Source: Callorhinchus milii
Taxonomy: Eukaryota
Direction of reading: 5' to 3'
DNA: 64,000 nt
NCBI RefSeq assembly: GCF_018977255.1
Contig: NW_024704742.1
Span: 128,342,001 to 128,406,000 of the forward strand
The notes under the pieces are model-generated. The model ran no database searches, was not told the DNA's origin, and saw only the letters and a program-made list of their open reading frames with translations. Every line of letters starts with the position of its first letter. Within the stretch, counting starts at the first letter, position 1. Made by a program: the position numbers and the translations under genes. Below, one piece after another: positions 23,941 to 36,482 of this stretch.

Positions 23941-24687
23941 GTAAGCACTAACCCATCCCTAGTCCAGAGGAGATTTGCTGGGGGAGAAAAATACACAAGG
24001 CTAAGCCTTGTTCTGCGCTGTGCAAAGCGACAGCCACTCACTGCTCGTGGTTCTGCGGTGCTATTTGGAGGCAGTTTTGCCATTTCAGCTGAGACTTGCC
24101 TCTTGCACCCAGGTTTGCAGCCTGTGGGGAAGTGATGTTCACTTGCAGCGAATGCCGAATGCAAACTGCGGGTCTTATGGCATTGTATTTTTCTTAAAAA
24201 AAGAAAAAGAAAAGCAACTGATGTACAGCAATAGGCGTGTGGGGCTTCACTCTATTGTGGCTGGGCTGCTTGTCCGTTTTGTCGACTGTCGATTCCCCCA
24301 GTGGAGCTGCTCTGAATCTGTCTCCCTTTTGATCTCCAGTTGCTGTCTGGCTCTTGTGTTTATTTATTTCCCCATCAAAACTTCTGGATTGGTTCATTTT
24401 GTGCGTGTGTGTGTCTGTGTCTGTGTGTGTCTTGCCCTGTTTCTCGACCGGGTTCGGTCCATTTTCCTTTCTGATTTTTTGCTTCTGGAGATTTCTCAGG
24501 TCCTGGGGTGTGTGTGTGTGTGTCAGGGGGGTGGTGGGTGGTGGTAGGAGGGAGGCAGTTGTTTGGTTCTGTCTGCATTCTGCGCACTCGTTAATATGGG
24601 TATGAGACAGGATGATCTTCCGGGAGTCTCACTGACTGAAATTGCAATGATGTTAGCTTGTTAATAAGGCATAAGGCATGAGTCAGA

Positions 24688-24812
24688 ATAATAATAATAA
24701 TAATAATGCTGGCTTTTGATGTGGCGACTTATCGCATCTTTAAGACGTCTCACGGCGCTTCACTTCACAGAATATACTGTAAAGTGAATTGACTGTGTGT
24801 TTTATGGGCAGA
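24688..24812 (-). mobile_element. SINE 3' fragment in SYT4 intron 1
   Basis: (ATA)n tail and CAGAATATACTGTAAAGTGAATTGACTG. Confidence 0.75.
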
Positions 24813-25156
24813 ATTGCTGTTAGTTATCAGTTATTTGGAGCACACATTGATGCATTGATGTAGCATTGCAAAATTGTACAGAAGAAACACCCTCCCCCCA
24901 CCCCTTAAATCTCACAATGATGGTCTGTCTGACTCTAAAGAAAAACAAGCTATCTGCGGTAGCTATCTGCACTGTTCAGATATATTGGACCTGCCTATTT
25001 ATGACAAGTGAAATATTAAATCACCAAGACAGGATTGGAACGTGTATTGTAAAGTGTGGGGAAATCTGATGGCAGAGTGCATTTTGAACATTTTTTAAAA
25101 TTGAATTAAGATTAATTGATAATTTTACTGACTGTCTGGGTGCTTTTTTTGTCTAG

Positions 25157-25998
25157 ATGAGATGCCTGCTGTGATAGGAATATTCAGTGCTTTTGGCCTG
25201 GTATTTACCCTGTCCATGTTCGCATGGATCTGTTGTCAACGCAAGTCCTCAAAGACCAACAAGACACCTCCCTATAAATTCGTGCACATGCTGAAGGGAG
25301 TGGACATCTACCCCGAGAATCTGAACAGCAAAAAGAAATTCGGGGGCGATGAGAAAACGGAGCTGCAGGGGAAAGAGGGCTCGGCGAGAGTAGGAGTGCC
25401 AAAGCCAAAGCCAAAGGGCAATCTGCACTTGGACCTAGAGAGCCGCGACCAGAACGGCAACTTCACCAAAACCACCCCCAAAGTGCGGAGCTCCCCCGAG
25501 ATAGAGACTGTCCTCCCCAAGGGAGTGTGTCAGGGCGAGAAAAACAGCGCGTTCCTCAATGCTTCCCCTTCAGACAAGCTGACTGCAGAGCCAAGCACTG
25601 AGCCCAGGCTTGGCTCCCTCATCTTCTCCCTGAAGTACAACTTTGACAAGAAAGCGCTGCTGGTCAACATCATTGAGGCACTGGGTCTCCCCGCCATGGA
25701 CGAGCAGTCACTGACATCCGACCCCTATATTAAAATGTCCATCCTTCCTGACAAAAAGCATCGAGTCAAAACCAGGGTCCTCAGGAAGACCCTGGACCCT
25801 GCTTTCGACGAAACCTTCACCTTTTATGGCATCCCCTACAGCCAGGTGCAAAATCTCTCCCTGCATTTCCTGGTGCTGAGTTTCGATCGCTTTTCAAGGG
25901 ATGATATCATCGGGGAGGTGATGGTGCCCATGTCCGGGATCAACCTGTCGGAGGGTAAAGTGCTTATGAACAGGGATATCAGCAAAAGAAACTGCCGG
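25157..25998 (+). CDS. SYT4: Synaptotagmin-4, coding exon 2 (TM helix, linker, C2A domain)
   Basis: Acceptor tttttttgtctAG and donor CGG|GTAAAT. Encodes VIGIFSAFGLVFTLSMFAWICCQRK (TM), TPPYKFVHMLKGVDIYPENLNSKKKFG (SYT4 signature) and C2A (MDEQSLTSDPYIK...SFDRFSRDD). Confidence 0.97.
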
Positions 25999-26654
25999 GT
26001 AAATATATGAGGCGTGGGGTGTGTGTGTGTGTGTGTGTTTGTTGGGGCAGGGGTGGGGGTGGGGTTCAGTTATGTGCAACTATGTTTGGTGCGAATAATA
26101 ATTCTTGCATTTGTGATAGCGCCTTATTACGTCGTTCACAGTGCTTCATAGAATATACTGTGAAGTGTTGATGCAGGATGACTATATAAATAGCTCTTCG
26201 GTTACTGAGAGGAGAATGAGAAGGAATGGAATCACTGACGTTAGTGACTAAAGCAGCTCTTGGAGCACTCTACACAAACAGGAATATTTGATCCTCCAGA
26301 GAGAATGATGAACCACTTCGCAGCAGCTCAGTTAAACACGTGGGGCTATTTTTTTATAGAGAGGCTGGGTTTGAGAAATGATTACATCACCAGAAGCTCA
26401 CACAGACACGCAGCAGCCTGCATGCAGTGTTTTGTAAGCTGCGATTTCCACTTTGCTTAAAGTGGAATGCAACACATCCTCAAATTGAACCGAAAACGTA
26501 AAACTTTTTTATTTGAAACAGTCTCCTCACAAAGAAAGGGCAATCTAGCCAGTATATATTAAAAACTCTATATAGCAATGTGTTCAGATTGGGAGATTTT
26601 AAGAAACAACTTTCAGATCAAAATGAATGAATGGGGTTTATTAATATGCCTTGT

Positions 26655-26850
26655 ATCACCCCCTCAAAAAAATAATGAAAATAATAATTTGGTCACTCAA
26701 TCCACGACTGTTTGTGGGACACTGGTGTGGCAATTGGCTGCCATGTTTCACCCATAAAAATATACAGTCAATTCAATTTACAGTGTATTCTGTGAAGCTC
26801 TTTGAGGCATCTCAACAACGCGATAAGACGCTACATCAAATGCAAGGACT
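26655..26850 (+). mobile_element. SINE 3' half in SYT4 intron 2
   Basis: Body and tail homology. Confidence 0.8.
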
Positions 26851-27287
26851 CTTATCACTCAAATCATTCCCGACACATTTCTTTGCAAATGACTCTCATT
26901 TAAAAAAATACATAACTGCAGCTCTTTTAAAAAGAGTATTCACATTGTTAAAGATCAAGGACAGTAACAGAAGTCCAGCGATTGCTTTTCAGAGCAAATA
27001 AAGATGAGCACAGAATGCACTAATGGGGTCACCGATCAATACAGGAGAACAGCGAGGAAAAACAGTAGTGAAGCAGTGCAGAAATCATTGAGAAACGCAG
27101 CTTTAATTTGGGAAGGTTATTTAACTGTGCTGCTGAACATGATATGACTGCATTCACCAATATTGGCAGTTAAGGTGCCACTCAAATGTGAGCAGGCTTC
27201 ACTTAGGGAGTTTGTTGCTGTCACACTCCGGTGAACGCAATAACGGCAGACTGGTTCTGAAAGATCTGTCATCTGTTTTGTTCACAG

Positions 27288-27408
27288 AAATCGTTGGGAC
27301 GCGGAGAATTATTAGTGTCTCTTTGCTACCAATCCACCACCAATACTCTGACTGTTGTTGTGTTAAAAGCTCGTCACCTGCCGAAGAACGATGTGTCTGG
27401 CTTATCAG
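27288..27408 (+). CDS. SYT4: Synaptotagmin-4, coding exon 3 (start of C2B)
   Basis: Acceptor ttttgttcacAG and donor CAG|GTAATT. The 121 nt translate by hand to [40 protein letters not shown]; this frame is not in the ORF track. Confidence 0.96.
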
Positions 27409-27741
27409 GTAATTGTCCAAGACCCGGGTGACCGGTCAGTGAAGTGGCACTGCACATAACAGCACAGTGAGATTAATCTATCTGACAAGTCCACTGCCGC
27501 TCTCTATGGCGTGGGAAAAGTTATTCACATATTGAAAATATACTTCAAACAGTGATTTATGACTAAAAATTTGACATTTAACCCTCACGTGTAGAAGTGT
27601 CTAGCCACGTGTTAGTTCAGTCACGTGTTTGATGGAACACATTGCATTTCAGATCTGGTATATAAAAGTTAAGAAAGACGGTTGCAGAGGAAACGCCATC
27701 CTGACAAAGTGTGTTGTTTTTTCATTCTTCCCCAGCTGCAG

Positions 27742-28049
27742 ATCCTTACGTCAAAGTGAACCTATACCACGACAAAAAGCGAATATCCAAGAAAAAGACC
27801 CATGTGAAGAAGTGCACCTTGAATCCCGTGTTCAACGAGCTGTTTGTCTTTGACATTCCATGTGAGGGGATTGAAAACATCAGCGTTGAGTTTCTGGTCA
27901 TTGATTTCGACCGGATGACCAAGAATGAGATCATTGGGCGCTTGGTACTGGGAGCATCGACTGAAGGAACAGTAGGAGAGCACTGGAGAGAGATCTGTGA
28001 GCACCCGAGGCGACAGATTGCCAAATGGCATTGTTTGAGCGATGGTTAG
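27742..28049 (+). CDS. SYT4: Synaptotagmin-4, coding exon 4 (rest of C2B, stop TAG); alternative exon start at 27736
   Basis: Encodes DPYVKVNLYHDKKRISKKKTHVKKC...PRRQIAKWHCLSDG*, the SYT4-type C-terminus. Acceptor region is cccAG-ctgcAG. Confidence 0.96.
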
Positions 28050-31000
28050 CAGCCAAACCAAGGGTTGGACTTTATCGTTTGATAGGCAAGGAACAAGCTG
28101 TGCATTAACCAACCCAAAGCCTTTCTGAAGAATTTTCAATTTATACTAAGTAATCTTACTTTGTACATCTGATTGTGGTATATATTGTGATCTGTACTGT
28201 ATAAGATGAAGTGACGTTGTTCTCTTGTCTGCTAACGATTTAAAAAAAAAGTCAAAGTGGCTCATGGGAAGGAGTAGGCAAAAATACATCATTAAAATCC
28301 ATGTCTGCATTTTGTGTGGCTGTTCTAGTGTGGGGAAAATAAGTGTAAAGGGGATTAAACTTGCAAGTGTAAATGTAAAGGTTTGCATTAAAAGATTTTA
28401 CAATGCCAACCTGGAAATACTTTTCAGACCTAGAATTGAAAAGTGTTTAACATTAGATCATTCTGACTGTCGTAGCTCAGGAAGCTGCAAAAATCTATGG
28501 CCGATTTTTACCTTGGAGGTATGTTTCAAAGTTATTCACATAAGGTAGTGCACAGTAAAAATCACACCTGAGCAAATAGTCAGTATTATATAATACATCA
28601 ATTTTGAAATTAGTTCAACCTCCTGTAGTTTGCGGCTTTTCAAGAACATTTGCACATTTTTGAAAGATTTATGGATTTATATGGTATTGTATGGACATGG
28701 CACATCTGACTTCTTATGTCTAGCAAGTGTCATTAGGAATTATTTGCAAGATATGGGATCCAAATTGTTCGGTTGAGGAATTCTTCACTGCTATGACTTG
28801 ATTATATCACAGTAGAAACAGGAGAGTGAAGGAGGCTCTTCAACAAATGCGATTTGCAAAGAAAAACACAACTACAAACCTGCTAAGCCTGTTGGTAGAA
28901 CACATTCAACTTGAAAACATTCTTTATATAAACTTCAACTTTATATATATATCCCTTGGCCAATTGTGCGTATATTAATGTCAAATAAATAGAGGGTATT
29001 CATTGAAGAGTTGCAGGATAAGATTTGCATAGCAGGAGTGGACTTATTGATGTGTCAAGGTTTAATAAAGTTGCAAGAATGTTATCGCCCCTTTATCTTT
29101 AGTGAAATGTTGCCATAACCCATTGGGTCTCATCATATGCTTTGGTTATGTTTCACTAATAAACAAATCCAATGGATAACAGGAAAGTAATAAGATGAGA
29201 GAAGTTAGGTGTGACGTTTAAATGGGAGCTGTACTGATGCATGAGTGGTTTCAATGACATTGTGATTTTTCCATAGTGGTACCTGTTTACAATTGTGATA
29301 TCAACTGCATGAGATGTGAAAAATTGTATCTTGGAGATTGTGTCATTATGTGTGGTATTAGGGGTAGGGTGAATCTGGTTTAGAAGTGTGGGGAGGGGAG
29401 TTTGTGGGTCTATATAATGACTTGGTATATTTTGCCTACTCTATCTACATAGCTTCAGCTTCAAAAGTATGATAATTGCCAATACTATGAGTTTATTTCA
29501 CTCCATATAGAAGCCACATTATACAATCATCTAGCTTATGTAAACCATGCTGTAAATGCACTGCGAACCATGCATTTATTATGCATGTTTGCTTTAAGCT
29601 AGATCTCAGTGACAGGTGTAGGAACGCTTGTAATATATTTAATGATTAAAACTGCTATTGATCCAACCTCAGAAACAGAATGCAACATTAAAGCCTTTAG
29701 TCACTACGAAACAAACCAGACACAATGCAAAAGTGATTATAGCTTTGAGAATGATATTTTATCTTGAATGTCAGTGTATTTAGTCAATTGGATTTTTTTT
29801 GTCACTGATCCTCATAGTTCCAGTAAAAAAATCATTGCTTAAAACATTAATGAGCACTCACTGCCCTTCATTGATCCAATCACTTGGTATCCTAATGGAT
29901 CATATTTCAAGTTGCCATATGTGTTTGTTGTAGATGGTTCCAGTTAGATTTTAAGATTGATATTTATGGGTTTTCTTGTTCCAAAAGGAAAAGGGCTGCA
30001 ATATACTTTTAAGCTGCTTTTTATGGGCACTCATACTGCCAGAGACAACTTTTCTGATCTTCTGATGGACAGATCAAACTATGCTCACATTCAGGAATAG
30101 GACTAAGTTGTGAAAGGTTGTCCTGTGAGGTTAAATTGTCTGGGTTTTAGCAGGGGGCAAATTTTAGATAAAATATTATACTCTTGTATGATAGACGTTA
30201 GTGCCAGTGGGTTTGAAATAGTTAAAGTGGACAGTTTAGCACAGATGAACTAGCAAGACTGAGGAGAAATTTGAGTTCTGGTGTTTTCTGGGTCAATGCA
30301 TAAATAACTAATGTTACCATAATCCAGCTACTTGGAACTGTTTGATGAAATGTTGAAAATCTAATGCTAGCACGCAAATTTCATTACTATGCAGGATAGG
30401 ATTTTTAGAGTCTATGAGTTGCTATGAACAAAAAAACAGGTCTACCAGAAGGCAAATTAATAATCATGGATTTGTTAGTGATTGGATAGCTGAAAGGCTG
30501 AAAGGAATACTAATACTGTGTAGTTTTCCTATTTCTTTTAATTGATAGTTACATTGGAATGTAATCAAACCACAGTATTAACTTTTCCTCCTTGAAACCA
30601 AGGAGGTTCTATTTATCAGTTGTCAAAATTAAGGTTAAATAGCCTTTTACTTAAAAAAGCCACAGATCCATCTATAACCACATACACGTAGGAAAGCTTT
30701 AAATTGTGAAAGTGATGATTTGATGAACATTAGCTTTGGTATTTAACAGCACTGTAATCAAGAACACAGCATAACTTTAGACACAGCAATGGCAATGTAT
30801 GAACAAACAGTTAAAATAACTGTTCAGCTATTTCACTTGAATCTGGTAACATGTTTAACCAACATCATATTCCTTGTGTAAATTGTATAAATTGCCTTTA
30901 CTATTCAAAACTGGATGGCACATTCCTAATGCAGGAATCAGAAATAATTGTCAACAGGATCAAATTTCCATTCTCAATCTGTTTGAATCATTGCAATTTT

Positions 31001-31435
31001 CATTGTAACTTTTATAAAATGGATGAAAGTGATTTTGCATAATTCTGAATGTGTGTGGATTAAAATTTCTGCTGTGCTGCAAGTAACATTACTCAGAAAG
31101 TCCAGCATTAAATGGTCACAACAGTAATATATTGACATGACACACTGTATAAATCTGTAAGCGTAATATGTTTTGTATGTTGCATTACGATGTGTTTACA
31201 ATCACACAAATAAAAGAATGCACATATTTGCATCATGTGGTAGTAATGTAAATTACTGAAAGCAGTTGTATTTAAGACCATCTTTGTGATATTGATGTAA
31301 CAGTTTAGTGCACAAATGTTTTTTTTCCTTCAACCAAAATTTAAACAATATTGAGAAAGAATTTGCCGTTCTGCTAAGTCTTGTGCCCACGTGTTTGTGT
31401 GTGTGAAACAAGAATAAAGCACTAAATGGATTGAT
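28050..31435 (+). other. SYT4: Probable long SYT4 3'UTR
   Basis: AU-rich stretch with no recognisable SINE/LINE copies. AATAAA at 28984, 29064, 31209 and 31413; repeats resume at about 31495. Confidence 0.6.
31413..31418 (+). terminator. Candidate distal polyadenylation signal of SYT4
   Basis: AATAAA followed by U-rich sequence at the end of the repeat-free block; a second candidate lies at 31209-31214. Confidence 0.5.
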
Positions 31436-33992
31436 TGAATTTTTGCATTAGAAATGTTTTTACATTGAATTTCATGGACTGTAAGTTGACAGCAAACAAC
31501 AAATTACATTTGTATAGCGCCTTTCATATCATAAGGATGTCACAATGTGCTGGGAATCACCGAATTTCAAAATCACCGAAATAGGCCATTCGGCCCATCT
31601 AGTCCATGCTTGTATCTATACTCCATGTGAGCCTCCACTATTCCTAATCTCCTATCCCTATCCCTAACCTCTTCCTTACCCCACTATACCCTTTAGCTCA
31701 TGCATTTACCACATGGAAATTTCAATTAGTCAGACACAAGGTTGAAATATAATATAGAAATGCAGCATCACTTCCAAATCATCTTGAACATTTGGACCAA
31801 AGTTACCAGGTATCTGAAATATGGAAGCTATTTGCAGACCTCGAGAGATTTGTTTCCGTAAGTGGATACAGAGATAAAGCCACTTTTAGGAACACTTATT
31901 TTGAAGCAATTTCCTTATATAGCTACTTTGAAAACAACTTAGAAACGTGAAATGCTAAAAATATTAAATTTCCAAAAGTAAATATGACAACTTGTAGAGA
32001 GATACAAACACATAGCGAATTATAGCCTTACGTATCAAAGATTATACACTCATATTGATTCCAGTAAAAGTAAGAGTGAATATCACAGGATTATCTGCGA
32101 ATTGGCTAAGATTCTTTTAATTTGAAAGGAAATTGATGCTGGTCAGAGGTGAGTAAATTATACCAACACATAATGTATGAGGTCCATATGAAAATAGAGA
32201 AGTGAGAACCTTTAGCCTTTAGTCTCCACAAGCCTTGGCTCTTGCCAACCTATGCCTAATACTTTCCGGAATTAAGTAAGCAAGATGCTGGCTCGATTCT
32301 GATGTTCGTTGTCAAGTTGTCACCTCGGAGACAATTCAGCTCTAAGAAGACCCCGCTTACTTTTCCCCCAAGGAGGGGAAGTTTAGTGCACAAATTAGTC
32401 ATTAGATGGTGAACTAAAGCAGCTTTCCTCTACACCACCAACAATATTTATAAAGCACCCGTCATGTAAGATAGTGTCTTGGAACTCTTCACAAAGACAG
32501 GGTCAGACACTGAGCAAGGAGGAAAGGGTGTGGGAGGTGGCCACAAATCAAAGTGGTTACGAGAGGTATCAGTCCCAAAGGCAATGAACATGAACGTATC
32601 TGGGGGATTTTTTTGGAACATCAAGGTAAAGGAAAGGAACAGAAAGAAAGGTTATCCATTGCCCATATATCCACTGTCAGGCCTGTCAGTTACCTACCTT
32701 CCCTTTGCCACCTCTCAATGCGGATGTCAAGCTCAAACAGATAGAGAGAAAAACCTGAAGAGACAGAACTAATGGCTGGTATAAATAAACAAGGGTGTAG
32801 AGATGCAAGACCTCATTATACGATTTCCTGGTAGAGGAGCTTTACAGTCAATCATTCTACTTTAAAGCAACAATGAAAGACAAGGGAAAGTCATGTTTTC
32901 CTTTTCTTCTTTCCCCTTCTGTTATTTCTTGCTTCCTTAACTTCCACCTAAATAGAGATCTCGGCTTAGCATCTCGTCGAAGGACAGAATAAAATGCAAT
33001 AAAATCTAAATGAGGAAAACCTCACCCTCCATAAATCAACATTTTGTTTCTATTCTACAAGTTTAAAAGGAAGAAAAGCCTGGTGTTGATTAACATTTTT
33101 ATTAACATGAATTCTATCTGTTGGGAGCGTAACCTCAGAAAGTTTCCCAAGTCAGAAGGGGAAAAATCACTGCAATATTTTACCAGTGTTTGCAGTAATT
33201 TTCCAAATGGCCCTGTTATACTGTCCATAGTCCATCAAGTAAAAGAATCAGGCCATTTTAGCACAGTAGGTCTGCTTCAGCAGAAAAAGACGAGTGGTTC
33301 AGCTTACAGTTGCAGATATTTCTTTGCTGCTAAAACCATTCTGATTCTGGAGATAGTGAAAAAACGACCTCTGTGAAAGTGAACCCCCAACAGCTACTGA
33401 GAGAGTACTTCCATTGACCTGCCTTTTTGATCAAAGGCAAAACGTAATAAAAATGCAGTTGATTCATCCGTTTAAGGCAAAACCCCTCCAAATAATAGTA
33501 ACTCACACTGACGTCATGTGGTACTGTTGTTATATTGATACCTGCAGATGGTGCTAGAAAGAACCTTTCATCAATACAGCTCCTGCTACATTTATTGCAC
33601 AATAAAGTACTCTGCCCTCAAACACATTAAATATTTATTAGCCAACTTTGCAAGAAAAGCTGATGATGGGCTAAATCAATGGAACTGAAAATACAAATAT
33701 AACATATAAATCTAACAGGCAGATAATATCTGAAGGTAGATCTGGACATGCTATCTCAGCAATTCAATGGGAGTTAGGGGATTTTCTTAGTGTCCAATAG
33801 TCACTCATCACTACTTGTGCTTATGACCCTAAACTGCAATATTAGACAATTTTTTAATATGCTTTCACACAGACTGCTAATCTTGAAGTTAAAGCACAAT
33901 GAATCTACTCATTTTAAAGATATCTTCAATAATAATAATCTTTGCATTTGATATAGCGCCTTATCATGTCTTCTAGCTATCGCAAACCATTT

Positions 33993-34310
33993 ATAATAAT
34001 AATAATCCTTGCTTTTGATATAGCGCTTTTCACGTCGGAAGGACATCCCAAAGCGCTTCACAGAACACACTGTAAAGTGAATTGACTGTATGTTTGTGGG
34101 CAAACGTGGCAGCCAATTGCACACAGCAATGTCCCACAAACAGTCGTGGATTGAAAATGACCAATTTATTATTGTTTTTGGTTTTGGAGGGATTATTATT
34201 AGGCGTGTGGAGTAAGGAAACTTGCCCAAGGTTTCGCCCTCTGCCTGGAATTGAACTCAGGTCTCTCGCTTGCAAAGTGAGTGCTCTAACCACTGAGCTA
34301 CAGGACTCAA
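33993..34310 (-). mobile_element. Short-subfamily SINE, full length
   Basis: Near-identical to the 1178-1496 copy, reverse complement. Confidence 0.93.
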
Positions 34311-36109
34311 CAATATAACTGTTAAATATTCCCGAATCTACATTTTGATTTACATTCTTGACCGGTTCAGTCAACTCTTCCAAGTATATCCCACATTGTC
34401 ATCAGTAGTCTTGTTTAATTAAATATTAAAGATAAGAAACACAGAAATGCAAAGTAGAAAAAAACTACTGAAACTAGTCATAGGATATTTAAAAGGCATT
34501 AGCTAAAATTTGCTCCTTTTCCATTTCCCATAGCAAGAATAAATAGAATACAATACAGATACTTGTACTAGTCTCCTTTAGAAAGATGTCATAATCATCA
34601 AATAAATCTTTGCAGTTGTCATTTTTTTAAACGTGCTATTGCACAAGGAGCGAGATTCGATAATTGGACAGAGTGGGATACATTAATGGGCAGACACTGA
34701 ATCTACATTGTCCACCCAATTGATTTTTTTCTCCTTTTGATGTCTTTTTTCCTCACAAGTCTTTGTCCTTCATTAGCAATGTTCTGCTCTATCCTCAAAG
34801 GTTTATCTTCCTTTCCTTTCTTTTGCAGAATGAATTATGATCTTCCTCTGTCAGTTATTTCATGGGTAACGCACAGGGGAACTGACCTTGACTACGAAAT
34901 ACTACAAAGCATGGATCAGAAGCTTTTCATGGGTCACAACAAAATCTACTTTGACAGATACACATTTCAGAGATAGTCTGAGATTCCTTGTTGCAATAGT
35001 GGCATCTGGAAAACATAGAGGGATGCTATGTGTATCCATATTTTCTAATGTGTTGTGTCTCAGAGATTTAGAAATATAACACCACATAGATGTTCACAAG
35101 TTATGATGTGTAAAAGGTGGCAGCTGTAGAACAAGGAGGAAATATTAAAATCAATGTTAAGGTTATTATTTTCATAAGCTTTATTATTACATAGACTGCA
35201 CAAAATTAAAACAGGCCATTCAGCCAACAAGTCCATGCTGGTGTTTATACTCCACATAAGCCTCCATCCCTCCAAAATCCCCTCTCCCATGCCCTTCTAT
35301 TAATAATAAATAATAATAATCATTGTATTTAATGTAGCGCCTTATCATGTCTTCTAGATGTCTCAAAGCGCTTCACAAAATATAGTGTAAAGTGAATTGA
35401 TTGTATATTCTTTTCTCCCTATGTAATAACTATATGTTGTCACCATTATTGTTATTATTGGATGCCTCTCGAAATACTGATTCATATTGTCATAGATTGG
35501 GAAGAGTCACTCTAAGCAGTTATGGAGCCCGACATGAGACTGCAGCCATGGTCACCTCCCTATTTACCCTCCCGGTCTCCCTCCCCATCTTGCTTGGCAT
35601 TCAACTCCATCTTTGTTAAGCGCTCTGAGATGCTATCCTAGATGAAGGGCACTATTTAAATGCAAGTTGTAGCGGTTGTTGAGACACATGGAAACGACCA
35701 CACATATTTGCAAGTGACAGTAACTAGAAGCCTTGCCCCCTTGTTGCTGATGTGGCTGCTGTTAGCAATGTTACTGTGCCTTCTCTTTGCTGAGGCTGGT
35801 TGCAGTTCTTGGCACTTGAAGTGACGAACACCACTTCTCTGCTGTTTATTTTTGTTCTTGGCACCTAACTCCCATGTCTTGATCTTGCACTTGATGACAT
35901 TTGTATTGCGAAATGTCCTTTAAACACTTGCTTGTCCTTGAAACAATTGAGCTGACTGAGAGATAGTTTTCCCTGGTTTAACCTGGTAATGGAGCAGACA
36001 CTTTGTTAAGGTGCTACTCTGCTAAAGATCTACATCATTCCAGCGAATACTCAGGATGGTTTGCTCCGGCGAAATTTCTCAATCTCTTTGATGTCCCTCT
36101 TGTACATAA

Positions 36110-36482
36110 AAATAATAATAATTCTTGCATTTGATATAGGGCCTTATCATGTCTTCAAGACCTCGCAAAGCGCTTCAAAGAATATACTGTGAAGTGAATT
36201 GACTGTATGTTATGTGGACGAAAAGCGACAGCCAATTGCACATTGCAGTGTCCTACAAACAGTCGTGGATTGAAGTGACCAATTTTTTTTTTTTTTGAAG
36301 GAATTATTACCCCAGGAAAAGCGATCCACCAATCAACTAACAACCAGTTACCTACTTACTGCTAGGTAAACAGAAGCATGTGGAGAGAGGAAACTTGGCC
36401 AACATTTTGCCCTGCCGGGAAGCGAACCCAGCTCTCTCTCTTGCAAGACGAGTGCTCTAACCACTGAGCTTAAGGACTCCAC
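36110..36482 (-). mobile_element. Long-subfamily SINE, full length
   Basis: Head, internal block and tail all present. Confidence 0.92.

Noticed and set aside
23907..28049. Assignment as SYT11
   Set aside because: The juxtamembrane sequence (WICCQRKSSK..KGVDIYPENLNSKKKFG), ELFVFDIPCEG and the terminal RRQIAKWH.LSDG fit SYT4; only C2B loop residues look SYT11-like.
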